Shown here piece by piece: positions 38,437 to 47,376 of a stretch of 47,376 nt of DNA (position 1 is the stretch's first letter; each line of letters opens with the position of its first letter). Position numbers and translations under genes: made by a program. Under the pieces are notes generated by a model. That model was not told the origin of the DNA, made no database searches, and saw nothing but the letters and a program-made list of their open reading frames with translations. The stretch spans positions 1 through 47,376 of the IMG/VR virus record IMGVR_UViG_3300027780_000024; one strand, given 5' to 3'. Source of the stretch: a virus. Its lineage: Duplodnaviria > Caudoviricetes.

Positions 38437-41400
38437 CTAAACACTTTGTATTCCAGCGGATGCAGCTGATATGCTAGTTGTAACAACTGAGCCTCCTGAA
38501 GCTTTGAGCTTGTTTGCTGTTATAGCGTCAATAATAGTAATATTATCAACTGTAGCTGAACTAATAAAAATTTCATCATTTTCAGCTTTAATTTCAAATA
38601 GGCTACCAAACACTTGTTCTGATTGTGTAGGTACAATTAAAAATGTTACCACATCTGGAGCAAGTTCTGTCATTACGTAATTTGCCATTTCTGAGAAGAA
38701 GAACTTATCTCCAAAGTCCCAGTTTTCAAGTGCAAAATATTCGTTAATTGCTGAAATAATTCTTGACTTAATATCATTATCGTTAAGAACAATGTCTGGA
38801 TTTTTTACTACTTTAAATATTGCTTGCAAATCTGTTGGTGCCTTTGATCCAAATAGTACTTTGTACTTAACCGGATGATAAATTATTTCATCACTTAATG
38901 ATTTAATCTTAGCTAGACTGCTGTTATAAGACAGGAACAAAGAATCTGAACTTGCCGGTAACGGTAATTTACTAGTACCATTTAAGTATGCTCTATAATC
39001 TGTATCATAACTTCTAGTTAAAATATATGTATCAATAATATTACTAGCACTTGGGTCAATTCTAGAACTATCATCTGCTCCATGCACATAATGGAATGTT
39101 AAGTTATCTCTACCTACTCTAGCTCTATAATCAGTAGTTTGAGTTAATATTCCTGTTGTACCATTATAAACTTTAAATACATCAGCAGTTGTAAAATAAA
39201 ATAATTGTCCGTTAGTGTATGTACTAAGTGCATTTAATAATGATTCGGAACTTAGAATCATTATACCTAATGAGGTTGCACTAACAAAGTTAAAATCTTC
39301 AACTCCGTCTGTAGTAGTAAATTTTTGCTGGAATACATACTTTGTTAACGGATTAACAATCTCATTAACTACTGTATCAAAAATATCAGGATCGTCAACT
39401 ACTCCGTCATCGTCTGTATCAAAAAACGAGATTTCTATTTTTTTACTATCAACATAACCCTCAGCATCTCTATATTCGTCAGTAAGTTCCCAATCGTAAT
39501 CAACAGTAAATGGATATGCGTTATCAGGCTGTGTGTTTATGTTTAATATACTAATCTTATCTTTAACAATTTTTCCTGTTAGATTATTGTAAATTTTATC
39601 CGACGAATCAAAGTAGAAACGTATCTCTTGATCACTTTCAAATATGTATCGCATACCTCTATTTTGAATAGTATATGTTTCACCATTTGTTTTAAATATC
39701 AATAACCAACTTGCATCTAGTTGCTGGTTTGAAATATTACCAGTCTTACCTGTGCTAAACTCACTTGCGGTGTTTAAGTTGTTTTCTGTAACAATCCTCC
39801 AAGACTGTGTATCTGTATTATATCGTAATCCAAATGTTTTATACGCAAATACTTGATCGATTAATTGTGTTGCGACATCTGCTGCTAATGAAGATGCAAG
39901 TCCTGGTCTAATTTCTGCTAATCTAGAGCCCGTTGGAATAATATCATTTAATGATATTGGTCCTGATCCAGTAGTAGCAACTATAGTGCCATCTCCTGTA
40001 ACGGCAGCTATTTTAACCCACTTATAATCAACAACTCCTTTTTTGCCTGCGTATCCTGTTGTAGAGACTAAATCACTATTAAGGAAACTTTGTCCAGTTG
40101 GTGGTAAAAATTTAATTAATGTTTCTGGAACAACTAGCTTTAATATTGATGAAGTATATGTACCTACTTGAGAAGTTATAGATGCTGTGTTTTTAAAATA
40201 ACCAGTGCTTAGATTAGTAGCTTTAGTAGACTGCGTCCAAGTTATTCCTAAGTCAATTGTAGAAATTTTAGGGAAGTTATTATAATAATAATTTCTTACT
40301 TTTTTATTAGTTAATATAGGTTCTATAATATTAACAATTGCGCCTTCAATATCTGTTTTAGTAACAAAACTAAAAGTTGTTTTAGGTTCTAAATTTTCTT
40401 TATATAATACTCCATCTGTTCCATATAAACTAGTTCTACTGTACTTTCCAGTAGCATCTATTAAGTCAAAATATCTACTAATACCACTTGATGTTCTATT
40501 AACTGACTTTACTTTAATAATTTCTTGACTAACTCCTAATGGTGCTATTTGATAGTCTTCAGCAGTTACCATTCTATTTTGAGTATAATACGTTGAGGGT
40601 GCATTTTGTTTAATACTTGCACTTGTTTCACTAGTTGTTGAATTATCAACTGTATATTTTAGTTCATATGTAATTGTTAATGTTTCAATTTTATCTGCGG
40701 ACGACAAGTAAGGAATTGAAACTGTTATTCCTCTCATATCATCTGGAGTGATAATAACTCTTTGATTTTTGCTTACTCTGTAAAATACACGGAAACTACC
40801 TTTTGGTAAATTTCCAAATACACCATCTGAAAATACTAAACTAATTCTATCATCAACTCTAGTTAGTACAGAATAGATATTTTGTATGCTTTTACTTAAA
40901 CTATTATAAACTACATTGTTACCTTCAACAGCAGCTACTTTAGACCAAAGTTCATTTTCGTTTCCAAACGAGTCTAATTTGTAGAGCCATACATCAGTTT
41001 CATTAACATTAGTAGCATCAATTGCAACGACTTGATTTGTGCTAGGACTGGTTATAGTAAACTGTCCTTCATCTATTGACCCTTCTCTAAAATGACTAAA
41101 GAAACCAGTATTACTACTTGCATTTCCTCTTCCGTCATCTCGGAATAAAAATGCAAAATTATTACCAGGAAACGGTGCTTCTTCTTGAATAACTTTATCA
41201 ACTATGTCTGTTGATACAACTTCAAATCTTACTGATCTTCCGTCAACAGATTTAGAAAAACTATAAACCGGAACTTCGTCATTAGTACTAAGCATACGAT
41301 ATTGCTCAGATGGTATTCCTTGCGAAGTATCTTTTTTAATTGGTCTTCCAAATTTTGCATTAGCGGGCAATGTTGAATTAATTACTTTTATAAATTGTTC

Positions 41401-41859
41401 GTACCAGTCTGGATTAGTAGGGTCATTCCATACTATTGTTTGGTTAGCTAAATTAACATTATTTGAATCTATAATTTCTTCTGAAGTTGTAATACTTTCA
41501 ACTTTTAACACACCATTGGCTGCTTGATTACGTTTAGGATTGTAAGAAAGCAAACGAGCAAGACGGAGAACTGATTCTCTACGCTCAGCAAGTTCTAAAT
41601 AATTTTCTCTTGCATTTAAGTCAATACGGAATGAGATATTTTGTCCCATATACGCAATTAGATCAATTAATGCTAGATACTCACTTGACTCGATGTAATC
41701 GTTAAAGTCTTCAGGATAGTTTTCCCGAAGGTAATTAATCATTGTACGGCGAAGGTTGTCAAAGTCATAACTTTGAAAATCTGCATTACGGAAAGATTGG
41801 TAAACTCGTTTCCAATCCTCTGCTAATAATAATCTATTTTGTCTATCTGTTGCCGACAT
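38437..41859 (-). CDS. Baseplate wedge subunit, T4 gp6-like (extended)
   Basis: DFDNLR...NDY.ESSE...LID..AY...ARE.YL..AERRESV..LA..L.Y.P N-terminus; FSDGVFG..P; QNRMVTAEDY. Confidence 0.88.
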   Translation of the reverse strand: MSATDRQNRLLLAEDWKRVYQSFRNADFQSYDFDNLRRTMINYLRENYPEDFNDYIESSEYLALIDLIAYMGQNISFRIDLNARENYLELAERRESVLRLARLLSYNPKRNQAANGVLKVESITTSEEIIDSNNVNLANQTIVWNDPTNPDWYEQFIKVINSTLPANAKFGRPIKKDTSQGIPSEQYRMLSTNDEVPVYSFSKSVDGRSVRFEVVSTDIVDKVIQEEAPFPGNNFAFLFRDDGRGNASSNTGFFSHFREGSIDEGQFTITSPSTNQVVAIDATNVNETDVWLYKLDSFGNENELWSKVAAVEGNNVVYNSLSKSIQNIYSVLTRVDDRISLVFSDGVFGNLPKGSFRVFYRVSKNQRVIITPDDMRGITVSIPYLSSADKIETLTITYELKYTVDNSTTSETSASIKQNAPSTYYTQNRMVTAEDYQIAPLGVSQEIIKVKSVNRTSSGISRYFDLIDATGKYSRTSLYGTDGVLYKENLEPKTTFSFVTKTDIEGAIVNIIEPILTNKKVRNYYYNNFPKISTIDLGITWTQSTKATNLSTGYFKNTASITSQVGTYTSSILKLVVPETLIKFLPPTGQSFLNSDLVSTTGYAGKKGVVDYKWVKIAAVTGDGTIVATTGSGPISLNDIIPTGSRLAEIRPGLASSLAADVATQLIDQVFAYKTFGLRYNTDTQSWRIVTENNLNTASEFSTGKTGNISNQQLDASWLLIFKTNGETYTIQNRGMRYIFESDQEIRFYFDSSDKIYNNLTGKIVKDKISILNINTQPDNAYPFTVDYDWELTDEYRDAEGYVDSKKIEISFFDTDDDGVVDDPDIFDTVVNEIVNPLTKYVFQQKFTTTDGVEDFNFVSATSLGIMILSSESLLNALSTYTNGQLFYFTTADVFKVYNGTTGILTQTTDYRARVGRDNLTFHYVHGADDSSRIDPSASNIIDTYILTRSYDTDYRAYLNGTSKLPLPASSDSLFLSYNSSLAKIKSLSDEIIYHPVKYKVLFGSKAPTDLQAIFKVVKNPDIVLNDNDIKSRIISAINEYFALENWDFGDKFFFSEMANYVMTELAPDVVTFLIVPTQSEQVFGSLFEIKAENDEIFISSATVDNITIIDAITANKLKASGGSVVTTSISAASAGIQSV

Positions 41860-41882
41860 ATCTTACATTCCTTAATTATAAC

Positions 41883-41890
41883 TATTTATG
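41883..41890 (-). promoter_or_regulatory. Putative late promoter motif CATAAATA
   Basis: Intergenic, upstream of AAGGA SD and ATG 41859. Confidence 0.55.
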
Positions 41891-41918
41891 GCATATAGTA
41901 AAGTGCGTACATTAAAAA

Positions 41919-42368
41919 CTAAGACTTTAAAAAGCCTGCATCTTCGTCAAATCTCATCCTTAGGGTTTCTGAAATGTTAAACGGAAGATACGTTATAGTA
42001 CATTCTATTTGTATGCCTTTTTCATATTGGTCAATTAATATACTATTAACATTAGTCCTCGGATCGCTATTAATAATCTTAGTAACATTTTGTGTAATTG
42101 CTTCTTTTAGCGACTCAGTTAAAGGTTCAAATAATGCGTCCCATATAATTGTGCCAAATTCAGGATTACTAAGTTTTTCTCCTTGGCGAATATGAAAATG
42201 GTTTATTAAATCTTGCTTTATTAATGATATATCATATAGACTAAAAGTAACGTTGTCAGGATTTACTGTACTCATTCCTCTGTAAGATGTTTTAGAGGTA
42301 ATTGTTTCTATCCTATTATTACCAGGAACAGTGATTTCTGAATATATTTTTTTCTCTATAGTGCTCAT
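41919..42368 (-). CDS. Baseplate wedge subunit, gp25-like (GPW/gp25 family)
   Basis: IKQDL.N...R.GEK...PEFGT...LFEP...DPR motif. Confidence 0.9.
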   Translation of the reverse strand: MSTIEKKIYSEITVPGNNRIETITSKTSYRGMSTVNPDNVTFSLYDISLIKQDLINHFHIRQGEKLSNPEFGTIIWDALFEPLTESLKEAITQNVTKIINSDPRTNVNSILIDQYEKGIQIECTITYLPFNISETLRMRFDEDAGFLKS

Positions 42369-42372
42369 AACG

Positions 42373-42380
42373 TATTTACC
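42373..42380 (-). promoter_or_regulatory. Putative late promoter variant GGTAAATA
   Basis: TAAATA core 4 nt before ATG 42368. Confidence 0.35.
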
Positions 42381-42386
42381 TTATTT

Positions 42387-42683
42387 TTAATCACCTGCAA
42401 TTACGTCCGGACTGCCAGAATTTGATGCATTAGGAACCCAACTAGCGTGTCCGCCAGTTGCATCACCTTTTCTATGAATTGCTATATTGTTTACAAATAC
42501 AGTTCCGCTACCTGCAACAGCAGGATCGCCACAGCTAGTAGTATCACCAATACGAACAACTTTTGCGTTGTTAGCATATACATCAGGAGATCCTACAGCA
42601 TACGCCGTTTGATGGAACGGACTTGGTGAAGGACTTGCATGTCCAATATGTAAATCTAATCCTACTCTAGTTACTTCAGGCAT
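42387..42683 (-). CDS. PAAR-repeat spike tip protein (gp5.4-like)
   Basis: 98 aa with three R-x-G-(D) repeats, GS-x-x-V motifs and His/Cys metal ligands; directly downstream of the gp5-like gene. Confidence 0.9.
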   Translation of the reverse strand: MPEVTRVGLDLHIGHASPSPSPFHQTAYAVGSPDVYANNAKVVRIGDTTSCGDPAVAGSGTVFVNNIAIHRKGDATGGHASWVPNASNSGSPDVIAGD

Positions 42684-44302
42684 TATGTTGGTCCAACTTG
42701 TTGATTATCAGGAGTCCCTTTTCCAGAAGTAGTTGTACTAACTTTACATAATTTTTTTGTTGTATCATTATCAGTAGCTTGTTGATTTGATGTTTTAACA
42801 GTTTTAAGAACTGTTGGAGATGTTGTACCTTTAGCTTTTGTATCCTTTGGTTGCACTATATTTGAAGTTTTTTTATTGCCGCCATTAGCAACGTCAGTAC
42901 TACTATTACTTGCTATATTATCTGTCTTTTCTGGAGTATGTTCTGCTGGATCATAATTTTCATGTCCTGCCCAAGGTTCCGCTTGTGGTGATCTAAATGG
43001 TAGATTTGCTGTTTCGGCTGTTGCAGCTGTTGCAGCTGTCGGGCCATTCATATCGATTTTATCTGCTGTTTCAAGATGATGTTTACTTTTAAGATGAAGT
43101 GATTTTGCTACTGTAATTTTTCCATCATATCCTGCATTAATTTGCCAATCAAATTCACAAGTTTGTCTAATATCATTACCTGCTTTTATATCAAAATCTT
43201 TTCCGGCATTTTGTCTAATATCAATACCGGCTGTAAAGTTAATGTCTCGGGCAGCAGTAAAGTTAATGTCCCTGTCGGCAGTTACATTATAATCATTTTC
43301 AGTATGCACACTTACACTGTCTTTTGCATATATGTCAATCTTTCCGTTAGATGTTAATTCAATCCAAGTAGTACCTTTAGCGTTACCAATGTAAATTAAA
43401 TCTTCACTGTTGTGCAATAGTATTTGATGGCCAGTTCTTGTTTTTAATCGAATTAATTCATTTTGTGGTATTGTTGGGTCACCAGTTTTTTCTTGTTCTT
43501 CTACTGACGCATAATCCGATGCTGTTGTTCCTGCATGTCCTTTACGCAAATAACTAGCATCTCCGTCATCCATAACAAACGATGATCCGCCTAATCTACT
43601 TGTAGCAATTTGAGTTTTACTACCTGCATTACCGTATCCTGTCTTTGGAGCGCCTTTGCGCCTATCATAAGGTCCAGGAGTACTCATTCCAAATACCATA
43701 CTTGGTAATTCTCTTCTTACAGTTGATGACGACAATCCCCTAATATGATCTTCTATTAATCCACTAGTTTTTAATACTGCACATGCATCCATATCACACG
43801 GTTTAATAAACTTTGTTGTATCTTGTCCTTTATGTTTAGGTAACTTTTTATTATATTCTCCAACAGGAAGACGTTTTGTCTTGTCTTCTGAATTAAATGT
43901 TGTTCCGGCTCTTCCAGGAATTTGAAAATTCATATATTCATCTGGAACACATCCTATCCAATAACCATTGTCATGATTACCTTCAACAAATATTACTAAT
44001 ACTAAATTTCCAATATCAGGAGGTACTGCCCACATTCCATAACTTTGTTGTGAGTTTGAAAATCCTTCATTAGCAGTAGTGCCGTTAAAAGGGGTAACAC
44101 CGTAAAATCCAGGCAAGTATTTTACTTGTGTTGTTTGTCCTGCTGCTTCTGTATTGTTGCCTTCTTCCGTTAAGTATAATATTTCAACTTCTAGCCCGCC
44201 CATATATGTTGTGTCAAGGTGACTAACTATTCTTGCAAGAAAAGGGCCAGGATTTCCTGAACCGTGATTGATACTACTAGTTCTTGATAATTTTGACGAC
44301 AT
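42683..44302 (-). CDS. Baseplate central spike, gp5/VgrG-like
   Basis: OB-fold-type SYGMWAVPPDIG..VLV.F..G....YWIGC; TRTGHQI; 8-residue beta-helix repeats; no lysozyme domain recognised. Confidence 0.85.
   Translation of the reverse strand: MSSKLSRTSSINHGSGNPGPFLARIVSHLDTTYMGGLEVEILYLTEEGNNTEAAGQTTQVKYLPGFYGVTPFNGTTANEGFSNSQQSYGMWAVPPDIGNLVLVIFVEGNHDNGYWIGCVPDEYMNFQIPGRAGTTFNSEDKTKRLPVGEYNKKLPKHKGQDTTKFIKPCDMDACAVLKTSGLIEDHIRGLSSSTVRRELPSMVFGMSTPGPYDRRKGAPKTGYGNAGSKTQIATSRLGGSSFVMDDGDASYLRKGHAGTTASDYASVEEQEKTGDPTIPQNELIRLKTRTGHQILLHNSEDLIYIGNAKGTTWIELTSNGKIDIYAKDSVSVHTENDYNVTADRDINFTAARDINFTAGIDIRQNAGKDFDIKAGNDIRQTCEFDWQINAGYDGKITVAKSLHLKSKHHLETADKIDMNGPTAATAATAETANLPFRSPQAEPWAGHENYDPAEHTPEKTDNIASNSSTDVANGGNKKTSNIVQPKDTKAKGTTSPTVLKTVKTSNQQATDNDTTKKLCKVSTTTSGKGTPDNQQVGPT
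43103..43294 (-). repeat. 24-bp/8-aa periodic beta-helix repeats in the spike
   Basis: DYNVTADR DINFTAAR DINFTAGI DIRQNAGK DFDIKAGN DIRQTCEF DWQINAGY DGKITVAK; gtaaagttaatgtc at 43233 and 43257. Confidence 0.85.
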
Positions 44303-44351
44303 ATTAATCTAATCCTTCGTTAGTTGTTGCTAGTAAATTTAGCATATTATT

Positions 44352-46874
44352 TTAAGTAGAACTATTTTCATTTTTATCTACTTTGCTGATTGGGCCGCCG
44401 TCAATATACTTCTGTGTGTTTGAAGATGCTGTATCATCAGGAGGAGTAATCTTTAATCCACTACCGCCAAATGCATCTAACTCTTTCTCTTTTTTAGCTG
44501 CATTTTCCGTTGCTGCCTTCTCGTCTTGATTACGTCGTCTAACTAAAGTTAAAGTTTGTTCAAATTTTCCACCCATAAATGAACTCTTAACTTGAAGACA
44601 TTGATAAAGTCCGCTAAAAGATTTAGCTGGAGCAGATATTCCTCCAAATTCCATCCATCCATTATCTCCAATGTCAAACGGCGTTCTAAAATTTAATACA
44701 AGATCAACTTCTGAAGATTGGTAATCAACACTTCCGTCTTTAGTCATGTTTATATACTCAGTTTGTTCAGCAGAATAATTTCCTACTCCGCTATCACCTA
44801 GCCAAAACGGATCTCCCCATATTTTTAAATCAACTTCTAGTAAATCTGCATCACTATTTAATATTGCAGAATTAAAATCACGAGCAACTTGTGTTTCAGT
44901 CCATTCTTGACCGCCACCGCCGGTTTTTGTTACTAATTTTTTAGCTTCTTCTATTACAGTTGCTGAACCTTCTGACGATATGTCAGTTGACCCTGCGTTT
45001 AGTTTATTTGGTGATTCTGATGTATTTGCCGTTGTTTTAGCACCCTGTCCTACAATTTTACTGTCTTTTGAATTTTGTCCTTTTTGAGCTCCAATTCCTA
45101 CATAAAATGCGTTATTAAATGCTAAGTCAAAATCTATTACATCTTTATTTTTACCAGTGTAGATATAATTGTATTCTTTTGCAGCGTGAGATTTTAATTC
45201 TTTCATTCCTGGTGTACGCTTAGTTACTGACGCAAAACGAGATGCATTTACTTTAAAAGGAACTATCCTATATACGTAAGTTTTTGGATTTTGACCAGTA
45301 GCATCAACTGTTTTTGGATCAGCAGCCTCATATACCTGAGATTCAACTTTAAACCAATCAACCATATTTTGCGGATCTGGGTTGTTTAGTCTACTTTTTA
45401 TATCTCTTCCCCAATCGCTTGATAATAGTATCTCTTCAATAATATCTTGTACCTTTGTGCCTGATGTAAATTGAAATGATCGTGTTGTAGTTGGTTCTAC
45501 TGTTTTTGCTCTACATACTACTCCTTGACCAGCATCACAATTATTAGCATCTACTTGTGGTTTAACTCCTTTATCATTTGCAGATTTAACAATCTTTGAT
45601 TGACCTATTTCGTTTATATTAAGAGGATTTTCTGCGTAGGTTCTAATTGATTCGCTTACTTCATTTCGTTGTATTGTAATTCCTTGAAGAGTCTCTATAG
45701 TTTTATTAAAAGATATTGGAAATGTACCATTATTTAATCCTGAAATACTTGTAAAAAGTTCTCGTTTTCTTTCAGGACTTAGTGTTTTTGTGTCACCTTC
45801 TTTTGGAACAGAACTTGTTGCTCCAGTTTTAGTTTCACTAGGTTCACCTAATATTGCTTCATTTTTACTACTGCGTTCTTTTGGGAACATTATAATATAT
45901 TGATCAACTTTATTAGTTTGTTTTGCTTCTTTACTCTTAAGTAATCTAGTATTTAAAGTTGTTGATAAACTTTTAGCTCCAGACTGTAATATTTCTTGTA
46001 CAGTATTACCAGTTAAATTTAAATCGGTTTTAGCTGCTTGAGTTTGGTCTCCAAACGATAAATCATCATGTTTTACATATGTTACATCATATGTGCTACC
46101 TTGTTCTGTAACATTAAATGAACTTTGAAGAATATGAATTGGAAAATATCTTGTTGCTTGCGAAGCAGTACTTATGTTTCCATTATCGTCCCATCCTTTA
46201 AAATGCACTGACAACATAAATGGTGCATCTATATAATTCTTATAACCGCAAGTTAACGCTGCAATTTGTAATGTTTCATAAAACATACCCATGCTATACG
46301 GTTCAAAGATTTTAAAAGAGCCACCAAGAGCATCAGCTTGTTTTGTTCCTTTATTATGAGTAAGAACCGAGTCTATTTCAATGTCATCAATATAAAATTC
46401 AACAGCTCCAGCTGCTTCATTAGCGGTTAATACTTTTGCCGAACCTGATCCTCCAGAACGACAAATAATATTTTTAGGTCCTCTTAGTCTGTACGTAGAA
46501 TCTGGTCTATTTAATTCATCAAGTGTTAAACAAGATAACGTCCATATATAAGTGAAAGAGGCATATTTTTCTAATACGTTTGGCCAAGGAGGAGAGGCTG
46601 CGCCTGTTTTAAACACATGACTAAATGCATCTAATCCCAACGGATCAGATATTAAAGAGTCTGCTACTGTTTTTATTGATCCAAGTTTTGAAGCTATTGC
46701 TCCTTCTAGTTCAGATGGTATTCCTTCAACTGCACTTTTAAGTCCATTAATATTAATATTAGACGAAGTTACTATAGACTTTGCGTTTTTAACAAGGTTA
46801 TCAGCAGAAGTAACTGCGGTGCCAGCAAGGGTTTTTATCTTGCTTCCTATAATGTTAGTTAATCCTGGTGGCAT
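44352..46874 (-). CDS. Baseplate hub protein (gp27/VgrG N-terminal-like), putative
   Basis: Position between gp53-like and gp5-like genes; I.GDP.W and FSGLY...V.S.F..GKF.Q.L C-terminal motifs typical of hub proteins. Confidence 0.65.
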   Translation of the reverse strand: MPPGLTNIIGSKIKTLAGTAVTSADNLVKNAKSIVTSSNININGLKSAVEGIPSELEGAIASKLGSIKTVADSLISDPLGLDAFSHVFKTGAASPPWPNVLEKYASFTYIWTLSCLTLDELNRPDSTYRLRGPKNIICRSGGSGSAKVLTANEAAGAVEFYIDDIEIDSVLTHNKGTKQADALGGSFKIFEPYSMGMFYETLQIAALTCGYKNYIDAPFMLSVHFKGWDDNGNISTASQATRYFPIHILQSSFNVTEQGSTYDVTYVKHDDLSFGDQTQAAKTDLNLTGNTVQEILQSGAKSLSTTLNTRLLKSKEAKQTNKVDQYIIMFPKERSSKNEAILGEPSETKTGATSSVPKEGDTKTLSPERKRELFTSISGLNNGTFPISFNKTIETLQGITIQRNEVSESIRTYAENPLNINEIGQSKIVKSANDKGVKPQVDANNCDAGQGVVCRAKTVEPTTTRSFQFTSGTKVQDIIEEILLSSDWGRDIKSRLNNPDPQNMVDWFKVESQVYEAADPKTVDATGQNPKTYVYRIVPFKVNASRFASVTKRTPGMKELKSHAAKEYNYIYTGKNKDVIDFDLAFNNAFYVGIGAQKGQNSKDSKIVGQGAKTTANTSESPNKLNAGSTDISSEGSATVIEEAKKLVTKTGGGGQEWTETQVARDFNSAILNSDADLLEVDLKIWGDPFWLGDSGVGNYSAEQTEYINMTKDGSVDYQSSEVDLVLNFRTPFDIGDNGWMEFGGISAPAKSFSGLYQCLQVKSSFMGGKFEQTLTLVRRRNQDEKAATENAAKKEKELDAFGGSGLKITPPDDTASSNTQKYIDGGPISKVDKNENSST

Positions 46875-46875
46875 A

Positions 46876-47178
46876 TTATCCTCCTAAGGATTCAGTTAAT
46901 CTTGAACCCTGAGGAAGGTATATTTGTGTACCTACAGTCATATCATAAACTGGATCTTTTAATGTATTCATATTACGTTGAGCAAAAACCCACCATAATT
47001 TAATTGATCCGTATAAGTCATAAGCTAATAAATCAGGCCTATGTCTATATTGAGATTCAATAGTGTATAATATATCATCATCATATGCAGGTATTGGTCT
47101 AATTTTTAAAAACCCTAAATATTGTCCATTAACTATTGTAGTATTAGCATAAGGACTTTCGTTACCATAACTAGCCAT
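46876..47178 (-). CDS. Baseplate wedge protein, gp53-like (LysM-like)
   Basis: RPDLLAYDLYG...LWWVF..RN...DP...G..IYLP. Confidence 0.85.
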   Translation of the reverse strand: MASYGNESPYANTTIVNGQYLGFLKIRPIPAYDDDILYTIESQYRHRPDLLAYDLYGSIKLWWVFAQRNMNTLKDPVYDMTVGTQIYLPQGSRLTESLGG

Positions 47179-47375
47179 TATAAAAATCCATCTCCGTTAA
47201 TAATACTATCGCCAGCAATAAATTTATCTAAACTAAACTTTGCTACCTTGCGTCTGCTGTATATTGGTTGACATGTTACTGAAATCATACTTGAAAGAGG
47301 AACCCAAGTACCGTTTGGTCCAATGTCTACTCTCATATAATCAACATCTGGTTCTAAGTTTACTGTAAAGTTTGT
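47178..47375 (-). CDS. C-terminal 65 aa of a truncated ORF, probably a tail tube initiator/baseplate gp48-gp54-like protein
   Basis: Not in the ORF track; my translation is TNFTVNLEPDVDYMRVDIGPNGTWVPLSSMISVTCQPIYSRRKVAKFSLDKFIAGDSIINGDGFL*, with TAATG overlap into the gp53-like gene; function from position. Confidence 0.6.
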   Translation of the reverse strand, partial: TNFTVNLEPDVDYMRVDIGPNGTWVPLSSMISVTCQPIYSRRKVAKFSLDKFIAGDSIINGDGFL

Positions 47376-47376
47376 A

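Larger units (their letters stand above)
1..47376. mobile_element. Segment of a large myovirus-type (probably jumbo) bacteriophage genome
   Basis: Ordered T4-like baseplate genes (gp53-, gp5-, PAAR, gp25-, gp6-like), tail fibres, a 15.3-kb ORF, dense gene packing, recurrent TAAATA late-type motifs; no cellular housekeeping genes, integrase or att site seen. Confidence 0.92.

Noticed and set aside
9420-41916. Shared intergenic word tgcg(g)tacattaaa at 9420-9433 and 41904-41916
   Set aside because: Only two copies, AT-rich and needs a gap; compatible with chance
9522-43357. Short plus-strand ORFs within the tail and GT genes, and 21892-22083 on the minus strand
   Set aside because: Fully overlap long structural ORFs; no motifs or RBS; expected from codon bias
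38437-47376. Type VI secretion system or tailocin/eCIS locus
   Set aside because: No TssJLM, ClpV or Afp ATPase; T4-type gp53/gp6 genes, multiple fibres and late motifs fit a phage better
1-47376. Stop-codon reassignment, tRNA or rRNA genes
   Set aside because: ORFs tile the window under the standard code with TAA, TAG and TGA all used as stops; no intergenic gap shows a cloverleaf or rRNA signature

Overview
This is an AT-rich segment of a large contractile-tailed (T4-like or jumbo myovirus-type) phage genome, read in the standard genetic code. It has two convergent blocks. (1) Minus strand, 47376 to 9479: a baseplate/tail module (gp48/54-like partial, gp53-like, hub, gp5-like spike, PAAR, gp25-like, gp6-like, a 5100-aa giant baseplate/adhesin protein, three fibre proteins sharing an N-terminal module, two paralogous virion proteins). 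It runs directly into four DxD glycosyltransferase-like genes plus accessory ORFs. (2) Plus strand, 1 to 9312: a tightly coupled tailoring-enzyme operon (stand-alone SPASM/twitch-like protein, two radical SAM enzymes, SGNH hydrolase/acyltransferase, DegT-type sugar aminotransferase, QueC-like PP-loop ATPase, three tandem nitroreductase-fold paralogues, NodU/CmcH carbamoyltransferase, methyltransferase-like protein). The best candidate for an undescribed system is a phage-encoded pathway that builds and chemically decorates a glycan, most plausibly on the virion. Supporting hints are recurrent D-S-S/T motifs in apparent loop insertions of the giant baseplate protein and a late-type ATAAATA motif in front of the enzyme operon. 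DNA hypermodification or host-surface modification cannot be excluded. All calls come from reading motifs by eye; no database searches were run.
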